From a virus (lineage: Duplodnaviria > Heunggongvirae > Uroviricota > Caudoviricetes): 35,210 bases of DNA. This document shows positions 1-10,058 of the stretch, in pieces (the stretch's first letter is position 1; each line of letters begins with the position of its first letter). The position numbers and the translations under genes were made by a program. The notes under the pieces are model-generated. The model was not told the DNA's origin. It ran no database searches and saw only the letters and a list, made by a program, of their open reading frames with translations. The DNA is taken from positions 1 through 35,210 of IMG/VR virus record IMGVR_UViG_2565956633_000004; one strand, 5' to 3'.

Positions 1-303
1 TTCTCCCAAACCAAGGTTTTCGAGAGCCGTTTTCACCGTGCCATCCGATTTGATATCGCCAAACGGATTCTTGCGGCTTAACAGCAGCGCGCGAAGTGCG
101 GTAAGCAACTGATCGTGCCGCCCCTTCTCCAGGCTGGCACCGGATGCCTCCACCACGCTGCAAAGCTCCTCCTGCAACATGTCAAAGTAGTCATCATCCA
201 GATCGGTGGCAGGTGTGCCGGTCTGGGGGTTACCACGGGTAAAACCGTTCTTACCCGCGCCGAACTTATCCTTCTGCGCGGTTTTCGTGTCTATACGATG
301 CAT
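1..303 (-). CDS. Tail fiber protein, N-terminal 101 codons only (gene continues past window start)
   Basis: ATG at 303 with GGAG 8 nt upstream; open frame to position 1 translating [60 protein letters not shown]...; lies directly downstream of the gp48-like gene, where Mu-type tails place the fiber gene. Confidence 0.55.
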   Translation of the reverse strand, partial: MHRIDTKTAQKDKFGAGKNGFTRGNPQTGTPATDLDDDYFDMLQEELCSVVEASGASLEKGRHDQLLTALRALLLSRKNPFGDIKSDGTVKTALENLGLGE

Positions 304-306
304 GAA

Positions 307-891
307 TTACTCCGGATATTTAAAAATTACGTAGGTATGCGACGGGCAGAGTTTGTTAAGCACACACTCGACAACGGTGTCGCCCCAGATACGCAGTGCG
401 GAATCACAGGGATCGCCACATGTCATCCAGGTGGTGTTGGTGGCGGCTGGCATGTTGACCTGCCAGTAATACCGCCATTCCGGCGCATTCACAGCGTCAG
501 TGCAGGCTGATGAGCAGGTGAACGTGCTTTTGTCGTATCGCGTGATGGTAGCGTCTGGTCTGCCCAGGGCAGCAAGCTGTGCAAGGTAAAAATCCTCATT
601 GATGCCGCCCGCCAGGTTAACCTTCGCATCCAGTCGTTGCTGACGCTGGCGAAGGGTCTGTGTCCCTGCGGGAATACATTCATCCGGCAGACCGCACAGA
701 CGCTCCCAGCGGTTTATCAGTTCAGTGGTGGTGCGCGGATCCAGCTCCCGCATCAGGGCATCCGCACGCTGATGAACGCGGGTTAATGACGGTGCCGCAC
801 CGGCAATCGCCGGATCGCTGGCTGACCACGCCGGACCGGGCGGCAGCAGTGCCGACAACAGACGGATGTAATCATCGTTTGTCACGTCCAT
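307..891 (-). CDS. Mu gp48-like baseplate/tail protein (YmfQ/DUF2313-type)
   Basis: 194-aa ORF overlapping the upstream baseplate J gene; position and size match Mu gp48. Confidence 0.6.
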   Translation of the reverse strand: MDVTNDDYIRLLSALLPPGPAWSASDPAIAGAAPSLTRVHQRADALMRELDPRTTTELINRWERLCGLPDECIPAGTQTLRQRQQRLDAKVNLAGGINEDFYLAQLAALGRPDATITRYDKSTFTCSSACTDAVNAPEWRYYWQVNMPAATNTTWMTCGDPCDSALRIWGDTVVECVLNKLCPSHTYVIFKYPE

Positions 892-1940
892 GAAATCGTC
901 CCCAGAACCGCCAGTTCATTTTTTGCAATGGAGATATTGTCTGCCGGTGCAAGCAACTGATGGCTGTATTCCCCGTTCGCACCGGAAATCGCTTCACTGA
1001 TACGTGACACCTTCAGTTCTCCCTGCGGATAACCATCACGCAGCAGGAACGAACGCAACTCCGCGGTAATGGCAGCCCGTATTTCCGGTGTGTCCGGCGT
1101 CACGCGGATATGAAAATCCACCGTATGTGCCACCGGCCTGAATACATACAAATCAGAGCCTGCCACCGGGGCCAGTGGCTCAATGTGTTGTCTTGCCGCC
1201 GTTTCCGTTGATTCTTCCGGAATGGGATTAATCAGGTCACTGCTGGCAATCATCACACCGACAGTTCCCGTTCCCATCCAGTGACGGTATGTCCATGCGC
1301 GGGTAATGCCGGGCACTTCTTTAGCCCAGACGACATAGTCCCCGTCAGCCCCGCCCTGAGGCGTCCAGTAATACCGCTCAATGACGCGGGCGCGCCACGT
1401 TTCCAGCTCTTCAGTATCAAATCCACCTGTCAGGGTATCTGCCACGCCGGAAGACGGCAGACCATTAACCGGCGTGACCAGGATTAATGACGTACCGTCG
1501 TCAGCGTTACCGACCGCGCCTGCACTTGAGCAGGTGATCGGCACGCGCAGGACACCACCGGCGCTGGTTGCATCGGCAGTTGCCGTGTACTGAACCAGGT
1601 CATTGCGCTGAATAACACTCCCGACGGTCACCTTCAGGCCATCGCTGACGCCTTCCCAGCGCATATACCCGCTGGCAGTCGTGGCCCCCTTGCGCGGACA
1701 CCGTTTCATCGCAGCATGTCGCGCCAGCCAGGACTCATCGCACAGGTCAGGCAGCATATTCATTGCCAGATAATCGATGTACCCGTAAACCGTATGCAGC
1801 GCCGCCGCATACACCTTTGCCCGCACGTCTTCATCCATGCGCCGGAGCGTGTCGCTGACGTCCAGCCTGGCGAATAAATCGTTACGGAGCATACTGATAT
1901 TTTCTGCCAGCGTCGGGCGCTGAAATTCACTGTCCGCCAT
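882..1940 (-). CDS. Baseplate J-like protein (Mu gp47 family)
   Basis: 352-aa ORF in the conserved gp45-gp46-gp47-gp48 order; overlapping stops/starts typical of baseplate operons. Confidence 0.75.
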   Translation of the reverse strand: MADSEFQRPTLAENISMLRNDLFARLDVSDTLRRMDEDVRAKVYAAALHTVYGYIDYLAMNMLPDLCDESWLARHAAMKRCPRKGATTASGYMRWEGVSDGLKVTVGSVIQRNDLVQYTATADATSAGGVLRVPITCSSAGAVGNADDGTSLILVTPVNGLPSSGVADTLTGGFDTEELETWRARVIERYYWTPQGGADGDYVVWAKEVPGITRAWTYRHWMGTGTVGVMIASSDLINPIPEESTETAARQHIEPLAPVAGSDLYVFRPVAHTVDFHIRVTPDTPEIRAAITAELRSFLLRDGYPQGELKVSRISEAISGANGEYSHQLLAPADNISIAKNELAVLGTISWT

Positions 1941-2355
1941 GCGTTATCGCACTCCACAGATCATCAAAAGAAATCATTACCGGTCCGTCACGACGCCAGA
2001 GAGTGATACTGTTACCCAGTTCATTAATCCCGGTGCGGCGGATATCCAGATCAATACGGGACACCACGCCGTCATCAATCATCCATTGCAGGCATTCGCG
2101 GATATACCCCCTTACCGTCTGCACCAGCTGATTGGTCAGTTTGCTGCGCTGAAGCAGCCACAGTCGGGAGCCGTAACGGTCATTCTGTACCGCAGGCCAG
2201 GTATCCCCCCACCATCCCATCGGGACGTCGGCGTTGTCATCAGGCTCCGCCCGCCGCCAGGTAAACAGGGAAATCACCACGGCGCGGGGCAGCGGATCCA
2301 GCGGTGCGCTGGCGCAGGTGCGTTTACCGTTCACCGTCAGCCACAGTTCCATCAT
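1927..2355 (-). CDS. Mu gp46-like baseplate protein
   Basis: 142-aa ORF between spike (gp45-like) and baseplate J; ATGA-type overlap with neighbours. Confidence 0.6.
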   Translation of the reverse strand: MMELWLTVNGKRTCASAPLDPLPRAVVISLFTWRRAEPDDNADVPMGWWGDTWPAVQNDRYGSRLWLLQRSKLTNQLVQTVRGYIRECLQWMIDDGVVSRIDLDIRRTGINELGNSITLWRRDGPVMISFDDLWSAITHGGQ

Positions 2356-2900
2356 GCCTCCATCGCTTTATCAGGTTTGTCGGTGTTACTGCCCTGACCG
2401 TTCTCTCTGTGACGATGCCCGTTATAGGCAAGCCGCATCGCTGACATGGTGGTACCGCCGGAGTCGCACAGGTCTTTCACCTGTCCGGTCACTTCCAGGT
2501 CCATTTCAAAACGTGCCTTAGGCGCATTGCGAAACGTGATCGTTTTACCTGCACCGTCCACCACGATCCCCTCCCGGGTCAGCGTCACAGACTGCCCCTG
2601 ATCGTCATAGACAGCCACCTCACCCGTCTGCAGCCCTTTCAGGCGGTAGCGCCGGTCCGACACCGTAACAACCACCGCATGAGAACGGTCGCCATCCGGA
2701 AACAACACCACCGCTTCCGCACCGCTGTTTGCCCTTGCGGTAAAACCGTAGGGTTCAAGATGTTCAACCCCGGCTTTGGGTTCACCGGCAATCAGGGACA
2801 CATCCACGGTCTGACATTTCGTGGCGGCACTGATGCTTTTCACCACGGCCCGCCCAATCAGGCCGAGGAGTTGTCGCTGCATGGCTTCAATCGTCCTCAT
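2352..2900 (-). CDS. Baseplate assembly protein V / central spike (Mu gp45 family)
   Basis: 182-aa ORF, N-terminal OB-like region followed by Gly-rich C-terminus; synteny. Confidence 0.65.
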   Translation of the reverse strand: MRTIEAMQRQLLGLIGRAVVKSISAATKCQTVDVSLIAGEPKAGVEHLEPYGFTARANSGAEAVVLFPDGDRSHAVVVTVSDRRYRLKGLQTGEVAVYDDQGQSVTLTREGIVVDGAGKTITFRNAPKARFEMDLEVTGQVKDLCDSGGTTMSAMRLAYNGHRHRENGQGSNTDKPDKAMEA

Positions 2901-3979
2901 CAGAACGGCTCCTCCTGTACTCTGGCTTTTTTCTTTTTCCGCGCGCCGGGGGCTTCGGGTTCAGGCAGATAAGCATCAGGTGGGCCGACACGGATTTCCG
3001 TCAGGGTGCCGTTCTGGTCCTGAGTAAACGTGACTTCCGAGACAAGCAGTTCGGTATTGTCGAAACCACAGACCGGATCAAAGACAATCACCCGCTGGTT
3101 GGGCTGCCACAGCGTACCGTTACCCTGTCGCCAGCCCTGCACCACATAGGTGGTTTCATCCGTCCGCGCCGCCCGTTGTCGGGCTTCAAAGTCCGCACGG
3201 GCAATACAGCCTGCCCCCGTAGCCTGCCCTGTCTGCCTGATATACATCGGACGGTAACGGGCAATAAATGCGTCCTCTGTGCGGGCCCGCAGCGCGGTGG
3301 TGGTGGCCTCACCGAAATCATCGTCGTTTCCGGCACGCTGCCCCGCCACCTGGTAAACTGAAAACCGCTCCCGGATACTCTTCTCCGTATCACAGGAAAG
3401 GATGTTTTCCCCAAGTACCAGCGCGGTATGTGCCCGCGTTGAGCCAATACCACCAATCACCAGCCTGCCGTGCGGGTCGTCATAAGCCAGCGCCTGCTGC
3501 TGACCGAGTATTTTGTTGATCACCTCGATCACCGTTTCACCGTGATCAGGCTGGACATCCGGAATAACACCCGACGGCGCATCGCTGTTCACCACCTCAA
3601 TGCCGAAAGGCGCAGCAAGCGCCTGCGCAATCTGCACCAGCGAGCGTCCGTTAAACTGTGTCGGTTCGGCTGCACAGTCAATCAGGTCAGCCGTCAGACT
3701 ACGTCCGGCAATACCGGTGCTGACCGAACGGGCATCGTAACGAACGGGGGTCGCCTCCACCCAGCCGGTGATCACCAGCTCATCACCAATCAGCACTTCC
3801 ACTTTTGAACCATTTTTAATGCGCGGCTGAAGCGTGGTGATACCCTCATCTCCCGGCCACTGGCGGGTGATCTCCACGCTGAAATCCCGCGCCAGCCGTT
3901 CAATACCGGCACCGATGCGCACCGATGTCCAGCCATTCCACTCCCGGCCATTTACCCGTAGCGTGACGTTCTCGTTCAT
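2900..3979 (-). CDS. Baseplate hub protein (Mu gp44 / P-like)
   Basis: 359-aa ORF directly downstream of the DNA circularization protein N homolog; synteny with Mu tail module. Confidence 0.6.
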   Translation of the reverse strand: MNENVTLRVNGREWNGWTSVRIGAGIERLARDFSVEITRQWPGDEGITTLQPRIKNGSKVEVLIGDELVITGWVEATPVRYDARSVSTGIAGRSLTADLIDCAAEPTQFNGRSLVQIAQALAAPFGIEVVNSDAPSGVIPDVQPDHGETVIEVINKILGQQQALAYDDPHGRLVIGGIGSTRAHTALVLGENILSCDTEKSIRERFSVYQVAGQRAGNDDDFGEATTTALRARTEDAFIARYRPMYIRQTGQATGAGCIARADFEARQRAARTDETTYVVQGWRQGNGTLWQPNQRVIVFDPVCGFDNTELLVSEVTFTQDQNGTLTEIRVGPPDAYLPEPEAPGARKKKKARVQEEPF

Positions 3980-5304
3980 TGCACTGGCACCTTCAGAGGG
4001 ATCACCGGCACAAAGCCGGGATGCGTAATGGCATTACGCCGGATAATGTCCGCGTCACGCGCCGCGTTATCAAACCAGGTCGCCGCCAGCACCAGCGCGG
4101 GTAAGACCTCATCCGGCGTGCGCTGAATGATCCGAGCAGACTGTTCAAGGCGCGTGTTGATATCCGCATTCAGATCTGCTTTCACCCGGCGCAGCGCCAG
4201 AAACAGCGCATCACTGGTTGTACGGGACAACTCCTTATCAATTGCCGTATTCAGTGTGTCGCGAATGTCAGTCAGTTCTTCCCACGTTGGCAGGTCAACC
4301 GTGTTTTTCACCGCCGGTGCATTGTTCAGTGCCGGATGCGTGACGGAAGGCCAGCCGGTGCTCTGCGCGGAAGTTGTTGACTGCCCCACTGCGGCATTCT
4401 GCATCACCGCGGAAGTTGTTGGCGCAGGCAATCGGGTGACGGCATACGCCGCTTCGCTGATTGCGGTCGCACGAAGGGTGCTGGCAACCACGTTACGCTG
4501 CTGCGTCGCCGTGGCGGTGGTTTTACTGTCCGTTTTCCAGATGCCGCGCGGTTGCAGATCGCTGCCGAGGCTGACACCGGAAAGCGTTTTGATCATGGTG
4601 ACCAGGTCGCTGGCGTTACCATAAAGGCGTTTCCCGGTACGCCACATTTTCTGCACCTGCTCAACGAAATTTTTGCCTGACGATGGCGGCGGCAGAAGTA
4701 CCGAGATATCCCCCTGCAACAGCCTGGCGGCATCCGATACGGCAGAATCCACCACTTTCATCGCATCAGAAACATACCCCAGCATTATGCTGGCATTACC
4801 GATAACGTCGTTCTGCACGAAATCCGCCACACCATCGATACTGAAACCGCTGAAGCTGTCACTGATGCAGTCATCCAGTGCAGAACAGGATGACATCAGC
4901 GTCTGCGCCGTCGCCGCACCTGATGTGGGGTAAGAGAGTTCTCCCGCTTCGACAAACTTCAGGTCAAAGCGGACAATACGCCCTTCACTTTTCGATGTGC
5001 TGACCCGAACCTCTCCGTCAACACAGACTTTCAGCTCACCGTAAGTCGGGTGGACAAGCGTGCCGGGACCGGGTTTATTCAGCGCGTCAATCAGGCGATC
5101 GCGCTGGTCAAAGCAGTCATCGCCCACCACATAAGCCGTGATGGACGGGCGGAAAGTGACTTTTCCCAGATCTTCGGTATAGGGTTTGTCGCGGTTCGGA
5201 TATTCGTGTGTTTCCACACGGCGACCTGTTCCCGCACTTTCTTCTTCAACCTTAAACGGCACACCGCGAAATGACGCGTCCTGAAGCCTGTCTTTCCACG
5301 TCAT
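3976..5304 (-). CDS. Mu gp43-like DNA circularization protein N (tail protein)
   Basis: Conserved N-terminus MTWKDRLQDASFRGVPFKVEEESAGTGRRVETHEYPNRDKPYTEDLGK. Start re-assigned to the ATG at 5304 (GGAG 5 nt upstream); the ORF-track extension to 5352 would translate through a terminator hairpin. Confidence 0.8.
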   Translation of the reverse strand: MTWKDRLQDASFRGVPFKVEEESAGTGRRVETHEYPNRDKPYTEDLGKVTFRPSITAYVVGDDCFDQRDRLIDALNKPGPGTLVHPTYGELKVCVDGEVRVSTSKSEGRIVRFDLKFVEAGELSYPTSGAATAQTLMSSCSALDDCISDSFSGFSIDGVADFVQNDVIGNASIMLGYVSDAMKVVDSAVSDAARLLQGDISVLLPPPSSGKNFVEQVQKMWRTGKRLYGNASDLVTMIKTLSGVSLGSDLQPRGIWKTDSKTTATATQQRNVVASTLRATAISEAAYAVTRLPAPTTSAVMQNAAVGQSTTSAQSTGWPSVTHPALNNAPAVKNTVDLPTWEELTDIRDTLNTAIDKELSRTTSDALFLALRRVKADLNADINTRLEQSARIIQRTPDEVLPALVLAATWFDNAARDADIIRRNAITHPGFVPVIPLKVPVQ

Positions 5305-5316
5305 ATAAACTCCGGA

Positions 5317-5341
5317 TATAAAAAAGCCCACCGAAGTGGGC
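5317..5341 (-). terminator. Rho-independent terminator closing the PH-domain moron
   Basis: Minus-strand GCCCAC-TTCG-GTGGGC hairpin followed by TTTTTTATAT, immediately after the moron stop codon (5368) and before the N-gene RBS. Confidence 0.7.
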
Positions 5342-5367
5342 ATGAAAGACATAAATTAATGTAAGGT

Positions 5368-5745
5368 TTACCCTGCTATTTTTTGAGCCAGATGAGCCTG
5401 CAATTTATAAATGTTTGCTCCTTTACTGAACTGTTTTTTTATCGGTTCTGCAATACCAGAAATCCATATCTTCATTTCAGCATCAAGATCAAGATGCCCG
5501 GCGGTTTCAATAGAAAAGTTTGTCACAGATTTATAAGGAATCGAACGATACTCTACTTTTTTCCCTGTGACACCCTGCTTATCAATAAAAATTAACCTTC
5601 TGTTAGTCAGAATAATTTGGTCACGAATGAGTTTATAGGCAAGTTCGACATTTTCTCCCTCACCTAAAACAGCCCCTAATTCCTGTTGTGCATCTGATGC
5701 ATTAATTTCACCGGCATTACCTATAATGGCATGTAACAGACCCAT
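5368..5745 (-). CDS. Moron: small PH-domain-like (bacterial PH/GRAM-like) protein
   Basis: AT-rich ORF between tape measure and N genes; start placed at internal ATG 5745 (AAGGGA RBS); core LTNRRLIFIDKQGVTGKKVEYRSIPYKSVTNFSIETAG resembles bacterial PH-domain proteins; own promoter-like TATAAT upstream and own terminator downstream. Confidence 0.5.
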   Translation of the reverse strand: MGLLHAIIGNAGEINASDAQQELGAVLGEGENVELAYKLIRDQIILTNRRLIFIDKQGVTGKKVEYRSIPYKSVTNFSIETAGHLDLDAEMKIWISGIAEPIKKQFSKGANIYKLQAHLAQKIAG

Positions 5746-5797
5746 AGATTTCCCTTCAGTTGATAACAAACTTAAAGACAAATTATATCTGGTTCCG

Positions 5798-7633
5798 TCA
5801 TCTGCCAATATGCGTATAGCCAACATCGTGATTTATATCAAAACCGCTGGATCGCGTTTCCATAACCCGCATACCCGGAGGCGAATTCACAAAAGAGACC
5901 TTGATCTCACCGTCAACTTTTGGCGCAGAAGCTTTGTTAATCATGAAGGGATTCGGGCCTGTAGCATCGGAGGCGTTGTTTGACTGAGCCGGATCTACCG
6001 CCGGATAAGGTGTGTATCCCCGCGCCGGTATTCCCGTCCCATAAGCATCATAAGCACCCGCGCCCCACTGCGCCGAGTTAATGGCATCGACCGTGTCACC
6101 GGAACTGTCGGTAAACCACTCAATAATTGGCTTCAGCTTGTCCCACATATCCTGAAACCACTTAACAACCGGTCCCCAGTTATTGATTACCATCCCCAGC
6201 GGCGACCAGGCAAAAACCTTCTTCAGAAGTTCCCAGCCAGCCTCAAAATAAGGACCAATGGTTTCCCAGAGCTTCTTGAAATAAGGTCCAACAACATCCC
6301 AGTTAGTGATAATTAATCCCGCAGCCAAGGCAATCGCCGTCGCAATCATGCCAATCGGCGTCATCGACATGATCCTGCTGACGATACTGATGGCACTGCC
6401 CACGCCCATCAATCCCAGTTTCAGAATCGCAAGACCGGCAGCAAGCCCGACGACGCCGCGAATAACCCGGGGATTTTCATCCGCAAACTTCGTGAATTTT
6501 TCCCCCAACTCCCCCAGCCATTGCGTGATATTTTTGGCGTCACCAGAAAATGCGCCGCCAATAGCCGCAAGGCCGTTAGTTGCGGTCCCCGTCATTGCCT
6601 CCCACAGGTTGGACAGCGTACCAAGCTGTGCCTGAACACGTTTATTCAGGCTGGCCTGTTTATTCATCTTCTGCTGGATCTGATCGTAACCATCCTTTCC
6701 TTTATCGATTAGTGCATTGACCACCTGAAGGGTTTCGGCATCATCACCAAATATTGCCTTAAGTACGCCTGTTCGCTTAACGTCGGTCAGTTTTCGCAGC
6801 TTTGCCAGTTGCCTGAACATGTTATCAAGACCGCCAAAACTTCCTTTGCCGTCAGTAAAATCGAGCTGTACCCCGAGTTTCTGGCGGGCCATGATTTTAT
6901 TGACGTCCCTGATTTTCTTAACGCTTAATCCGGACTGGATAACTTTTCGCAGGGCATTACCTGCCGACTCCCCGTTCATCCCCATCTGATCCATCATGAC
7001 GCTGATGGGGGCAAGGCTCTGTGCAGCCTGAAGACCGTCCTTGTTCACCATCTTCAGAACAGAACTGGTTTTAGTGAAGAAGGACAACATGTTGGTATCG
7101 TCAACGCCCAGATAAAACGCCTTCTGGATAGTGTCGAACAGCCCCATCATGTCTTCTGACGCCGTTCCGGTAGCATCCTGCATCTTTGCAGCAAACTCAG
7201 CAGCCGCTTCCGGTGTTTTTTTCAGTTGTACCGCAAGATAAGCTGTCGCTTTACCCACACCGCCAAGAATGTTTTCTGCCGGGATCCCCTGACGCACCAG
7301 CATCTGCATCATGTTCTGGAAATCAGCCGTTGTACCGGGTAGCTGGTTACCCAGGCCAATAGCCAGTTTATTGATGTCCTGAAAGCTCTTTCCAACCTCG
7401 CCATTCGCATCCATCATGGCGACTTTCAGCCCGGTGGCGGCGTTTTCCTGATCGGCATAAGATTTCAGGGAAAGCGTCAGACCCGCTGCCAGTCCGCCAC
7501 CAAGCGCCAGCCCACCCTTTGACGCTTCTTCCGCCTGGCGTTTAAATCCCCGGATTTTCTTTTGCATTTTCGACAGCGCGGGAGAAAGCCTGTCGACACC
7601 GGTGATCAACGCCTTAAGCTCAAATTCAGCCAT
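5798..7633 (-). CDS. Tail tape measure protein
   Basis: 611-aa ORF, Ala/Gly/Leu-rich with predicted helical and C-terminal hydrophobic segments, directly after the frameshifted tail chaperone pair. Confidence 0.8.
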   Translation of the reverse strand: MAEFELKALITGVDRLSPALSKMQKKIRGFKRQAEEASKGGLALGGGLAAGLTLSLKSYADQENAATGLKVAMMDANGEVGKSFQDINKLAIGLGNQLPGTTADFQNMMQMLVRQGIPAENILGGVGKATAYLAVQLKKTPEAAAEFAAKMQDATGTASEDMMGLFDTIQKAFYLGVDDTNMLSFFTKTSSVLKMVNKDGLQAAQSLAPISVMMDQMGMNGESAGNALRKVIQSGLSVKKIRDVNKIMARQKLGVQLDFTDGKGSFGGLDNMFRQLAKLRKLTDVKRTGVLKAIFGDDAETLQVVNALIDKGKDGYDQIQQKMNKQASLNKRVQAQLGTLSNLWEAMTGTATNGLAAIGGAFSGDAKNITQWLGELGEKFTKFADENPRVIRGVVGLAAGLAILKLGLMGVGSAISIVSRIMSMTPIGMIATAIALAAGLIITNWDVVGPYFKKLWETIGPYFEAGWELLKKVFAWSPLGMVINNWGPVVKWFQDMWDKLKPIIEWFTDSSGDTVDAINSAQWGAGAYDAYGTGIPARGYTPYPAVDPAQSNNASDATGPNPFMINKASAPKVDGEIKVSFVNSPPGMRVMETRSSGFDINHDVGYTHIGR

Positions 7634-8044
7634 GTGTGCGTTTCTCCTGCTCTATCCTGTTTGCCTGACTGACCAGCAAGGGAATTTCACTGATCGGCAT
7701 ATTCAGCAATTCGAAGGGATTAATGCGCCAGTAACTGGCGCAGTCAAAGAAGCGATCAGTGAGGTATTCAGCCGTCAGGCCTGGAGGAAAAAACCGGCCA
7801 CAAGCCACGCCGCTGCATTCAGGTCTGCCGGAGACATCTGGTCGACAGAGCTTTGCGGCACTTTCGCCAGCCGCACGATGTATTTCGATACCACATGCGC
7901 CAGAAGTCTGACGGACTCATCCTGATTCATCTGGTAGGGATATCCCAGCTCGCGGACATCTTTCCCGGTGGGCTCATCAAACTCCAGTACGGAGAGTGTC
8001 TCACCATGAGCGATAATCGGTTTCTTTAACTCAAGCTCTTTCAT
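7626..8044 (-). CDS. Tail assembly chaperone, -1 frameshift-extended product (lambda G-T analog)
   Basis: Minus-strand slippery run GGT TTT TTC (plus 7787-7795) near the 3' end of the short ORF; the -1 frame continues as ...FFPPGLTAEYLTDRFFD... to 7626, overlapping the tape measure start. Confidence 0.65.
7775..8044 (-). CDS. Tail assembly chaperone (short product; Mu gp41 / lambda G analog)
   Basis: 89-aa ORF between tail tube and tape measure genes, ending ...AAWLVAGFFLQA. Confidence 0.75.
   Translation of the reverse strand: MKELELKKPIIAHGETLSVLEFDEPTGKDVRELGYPYQMNQDESVRLLAHVVSKYIVRLAKVPQSSVDQMSPADLNAAAWLVAGFFLQA
7787..7795 (-). promoter_or_regulatory. Programmed -1 ribosomal frameshift slippery site of the tail chaperone
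   Basis: T-TTT-TTC heptamer in the zero frame at the position where the two chaperone reading frames overlap. Confidence 0.6.
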
Positions 8045-8400
8045 TACTGGTAATCCCCTTCTTCACCGTGGAACTCAAGATCAACCGTGCCTTCTTCGGC
8101 ATTATGGTTCGCTTCGCCGTGCAGCCAGGCAGACGACAGTACATAGACCTGACCGTTCGCCAGCTCGGCAGTGATTGTCATCTCATCAGACGAGGTGATT
8201 TTGTTCACCGGAAAATTCTTCGGCACCTTGAAGGTCCCTTTGACATAAGGCGCACGGTGAGTTTCCTTGCGGTCCACTGAACCGTCCAGGCCGATGATGT
8301 CATCATTGACCGTCCTGTTCATGGGCACCTCAATGCCGCCGGTCAGCGATAGCTGCTGACCGTCAATTTTGAAATAACAGGTTCCCCCGATACGGGCCAT
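8044..8400 (-). CDS. Tail tube protein (Mu gp40 family)
   Basis: 118-aa ORF immediately downstream of the sheath gene; size and position characteristic. Confidence 0.75.
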   Translation of the reverse strand: MARIGGTCYFKIDGQQLSLTGGIEVPMNRTVNDDIIGLDGSVDRKETHRAPYVKGTFKVPKNFPVNKITSSDEMTITAELANGQVYVLSSAWLHGEANHNAEEGTVDLEFHGEEGDYQ

Positions 8401-9896
8401 TATGCAGACTCCTCTGAATACTGAAGACGGAACTGATTAACCACGGCAAAGACACGCAGCTGGTTAACATAGTCAGGCGGGAACAGCGTGTTCAGGCGGT
8501 TCGGATCGCTGGCATCACGCTCCACAACCAGGTACTGCTTAAACAGTTCGTAGTTTTCCACGATCCCCGCACGCTCAAGCTGACGGTAGGTTGCCAGCAG
8601 TTCCCCTTTGATCACCGCCGGGGTGACAATCGCCTGACCGGGACCAAAGCGGGTACCGTCACTGGCAAGCTTGTGACGCCCGTACTTACTGGTAATGACG
8701 GATTTCAGTTTGCGCAGTACATACGCGCTGGTATGCAGTGTCTCACTGTCGAGGTAGCTGTTATCCGCAACCCCGTAAGCGTTTTTCCTGTACGTGGTGA
8801 CATCACGCTGAATGCGCAGTACCCCGCTTTCGACATACGCCGTTGCCACGCCATGAGACAGCAGGGTCTGTTGCTCGGTCATCGTGAACCGTTTCCCCTT
8901 CGGCGCAGGCAGCATACCCACCAGCTCACCGGTCTGCGTGGGACGTGCCGGATCGTTGCGGATAAACACCGCTGCGCGGGCGGTACGGCTTGCCGCCAGC
9001 TCGTCGGCAGGCGTCTGGGTCTCTTTTTCGTACCCCGCCAGGGTAATGTGCTGCTGGTTAAACTGGTCACCTGCGGTCACCAGTTCTGACAGCGAGCCGA
9101 TCTTTGCCGTATACACATGACCATACAGCTGACGCGCATAGCTCCAGCGACCGCTGGTATCGTTCATCTCGGTCACCAGCGTGTTAACGGAGGCCGTGTC
9201 GTTGAACGGCAGGCCGATATAATCAAACGGCTCATCCGCCATTGCAGCCACCGCGCTGGTGAGAACAGGAGCGCCCGTTCCGGCGGTCCCCGTCGCCACG
9301 GCAATCTGTACGCCCGCTGGCAGCACTTCGCCCCCACCAAAGCCGTAGTAATTGAGGCTGACAGGAATTTCATTCCCGCAAAGCCCCTTATGACGCGCGG
9401 TCAGTGTGACCACGCCTGCCGAAGATGAAGCCGTAAACGGCAGGGCCGGAACGGCATTGATGGCATCCTGGATACTGCTGGCAATCGTCGCAACGTTATC
9501 GCCGTTGGTCACCGGAGCCTGCACGCGGGTACGTCCCACATAGACATTCACCGTGCCGCTTTCGGTTGCTTCCCCGGTCACCGTCAGCGTAACCGTTGCC
9601 GCCGCGCCTGTGGCTTCCGGAACGGCAATCACATACAGCTCGCCAAACGGGTCGGTCTGGCGATAAGCCTCGACCATACGCGCCAGCTGACTTCCCGCAC
9701 CACAAATCTGGCGTGCATAGTCTGCCGACGGCATCAGTACCAGACTGTTGGCAACAATCTCTGCACCGTTATTGGCATGACCAATCAGCAGCGATGCTCC
9801 GCTGTCCTGTGCAGTATTCGCCGCCTGGTTATCCATTTCCGCATAAAACAGCGGAACCAGCGTATTCGACGGAATGGTGTTAAAGCTTATCGTCAT
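8400..9896 (-). CDS. Contractile tail sheath protein (Mu gp39 / L family)
   Basis: 498-aa ORF, AAGGTGA RBS, followed by tube gene with a 1-nt overlap. Confidence 0.85.
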   Translation of the reverse strand: MTISFNTIPSNTLVPLFYAEMDNQAANTAQDSGASLLIGHANNGAEIVANSLVLMPSADYARQICGAGSQLARMVEAYRQTDPFGELYVIAVPEATGAAATVTLTVTGEATESGTVNVYVGRTRVQAPVTNGDNVATIASSIQDAINAVPALPFTASSSAGVVTLTARHKGLCGNEIPVSLNYYGFGGGEVLPAGVQIAVATGTAGTGAPVLTSAVAAMADEPFDYIGLPFNDTASVNTLVTEMNDTSGRWSYARQLYGHVYTAKIGSLSELVTAGDQFNQQHITLAGYEKETQTPADELAASRTARAAVFIRNDPARPTQTGELVGMLPAPKGKRFTMTEQQTLLSHGVATAYVESGVLRIQRDVTTYRKNAYGVADNSYLDSETLHTSAYVLRKLKSVITSKYGRHKLASDGTRFGPGQAIVTPAVIKGELLATYRQLERAGIVENYELFKQYLVVERDASDPNRLNTLFPPDYVNQLRVFAVVNQFRLQYSEESA

Positions 9897-10050
9897 CGGT
9901 ATTCACCTTTTTATTCACGCGCCGGATATCACCCGCTGCTTCACGGCGCAGCCAGTAGTTGTTCTCGTCAACATTTCGCCCCTCGGCGGGCAAAAGGTCG
10001 CCACGGGCAGGGTCAGGAACTGACCGCCCTTTAACAGGTTTCACAAACAT
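9880..10050 (-). CDS. Small hypothetical protein (56 aa) upstream of sheath
   Basis: ORF read by hand (MFVKPVKGRSVPDPARGDLLPAEGRNVDENNYWLRREAAGDIRRVNKKVNTDDDKL); below the 60-aa cutoff of the ORF track; no clear RBS. Confidence 0.25.
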   Translation of the reverse strand: MFVKPVKGRSVPDPARGDLLPAEGRNVDENNYWLRREAAGDIRRVNKKVNTDDDKL

Positions 10051-10058
10051 GAAGATTC

